The position numbers were made by a program, and so were the translations under genes. A stretch of DNA of 64,000 nucleotides from Carpediemonas membranifera BICM (lineage: Eukaryota; Protista; Fornicata), in the NCBI GenBank assembly GCA_019828565.1, contig JAHDYR010000011.1:1-64000 (forward strand), written 5' to 3'. The notes under the pieces were generated by a model. The model was not told the DNA's origin. It saw nothing but the letters and a program-made list of their open reading frames with translations, and made no database searches. This document shows positions 62,876 to 64,000 of this stretch, in pieces; position 1 is the stretch's first letter, and every line of letters begins with the position of its first letter.

Positions 62876-63134
62876 GGTTCAAATTTTTGACGGTGACGTT
62901 CTTACCGACTCTTAGAGAGATACGCGGCCAAATATATATTTCGGTGTGTTGTGATGATTCGAGCGTATATGACCTGTTGCGTGGCTCTAAGGTCAGAAAC
63001 ACAGCACTTTCACCACTGGTCAATTGTTTTCATAACTGAGACAACGGAGCAGGCCCCACTGAAATACCACCTTTCCAGTCATTGAAGCGGTATTTAAGAT
63101 GCTCAGACGGCGTCAGCACTAGCGCAGGGTTATC

Positions 63135-64000
63135 ATGCTCGAGTCGAAAAGTGAACCTGAGAAGATGCGAGTGGTATGATCGCAGCCGCTATTTGTTACA
63201 CAGGCATTCGCCTTGTTGGAAAAGAAGCTGAATTCTTCTCTCTATCGCCGCTTGGAAGAATATGCTGCCTCCACTGATAATCTTTCGACAGCTCCCTTCT
63301 CGGCCGACGAATCCGAGCCCAAATTCGATGTGATAGTGCAAAAGGTCAGCGATTGGATAGCTCGTGGAGAAGATGACCGCGTTTCAGCTGTGAAGAACCG
63401 CGCTATCCGCGACAAAGCCCCCATCATCGACCCCATCTCGACGAGCGAGACCATGATGTCCAGAGCAACCGTAGCGCGCCTAGTCGACCAAGCACTCGAC
63501 CACTGTGCAGTGAAGGCACCAGAGTGGCGCCTGGTCGAGACAGAGGCCGACCGCGATGCCCTTTCCGACTCAGTGCGGTGGATCCTCAAGCCCGAGCTGG
63601 CCTGTGGCCTGGACAACAGCCACACGCTCTACATCACACAGAAGGGCGACCGTACGGCGATCAACTCTGCCCCACTGCCGTTCATCGCCCAGCGCATGGT
63701 AGCCCACAGAAACGCTGTCCACAAGGTCTACTACATCCAGGGCCACTGGTCCGAGTCCGCTCGGTCATCAATTGATGGGATGAATGGATCATTCGACAGC
63801 CAGGCCCATGCCAGGAGCAGCGAGGCTGTGTCCACCGAGGCCCTGCCCGCTGAGGCCATACAGGCCGCGGGCGACTCGCTTTCGAAGACGCTTGGGCTAT
63901 CGCTCTTCGGGTTTGATGTCCTGGTGGACGCTGTCGACTCTAGGCTGTACGTGGTGGACGTGAACTACTTTCCGTCGTTCAGTAACATGCCCGACTTCCC
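63135..64000 (+). CDS. ITPK1: Inositol-tetrakisphosphate 1-kinase (ATP-grasp), intron at 63174-63203, runs off the window
   Basis: FDVIVQKVSD, PIIDP, KPELACG...SH, HKVYYI, LGLSLFGFDVL, YVVDVNYFPSF. Confidence 0.88.

Overview
Eukaryotic (protist-like) DNA, GC-rich, with 30-31 nt GT-AG introns and very short intergenic and UTR regions. A free-living fornicate such as Carpediemonas is plausible but cannot be established from this sequence. Bases ~300-41600 form a nested retrotransposon island built around two tRNA genes, tRNA-Asp(GTC) at 20568-20640 and tRNA-Leu(AAG) at 34509-34590. The island holds at least five Ty3/Gypsy elements (four with chromodomain integrases, one of them degraded), one long APE-type LINE plus a 3' fragment, three CRE-like RLE non-LTR elements, and two near-complete DIRS/PAT-type tyrosine-recombinase (YR) retrotransposons plus fragments. 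Bases ~41800-64000 are compact host genes: a TmcB-like membrane protein, RPL34, a SUMO-like protein, a class 3 lipase, an RCC1-like protein, a secreted 7-repeat protein, a CDC20-like protein, a prominin-like protein and ITPK1. Four observations stand out. (1) Three different Gypsy elements have no tRNA primer-binding site; each has a perfect, sequence-variable GTA...TAC palindrome directly after the LTR end. (2) The LINE carries a Maelstrom/arenavirus-NP-like DEDDh exonuclease domain in its ORF1 region. (3) Two CRE-like families are inserted exactly at tRNA termini, duplicating an acceptor-stem strand. (4) Both YR elements end in CTAGC 17-22 bp downstream of a tRNA 3' end.
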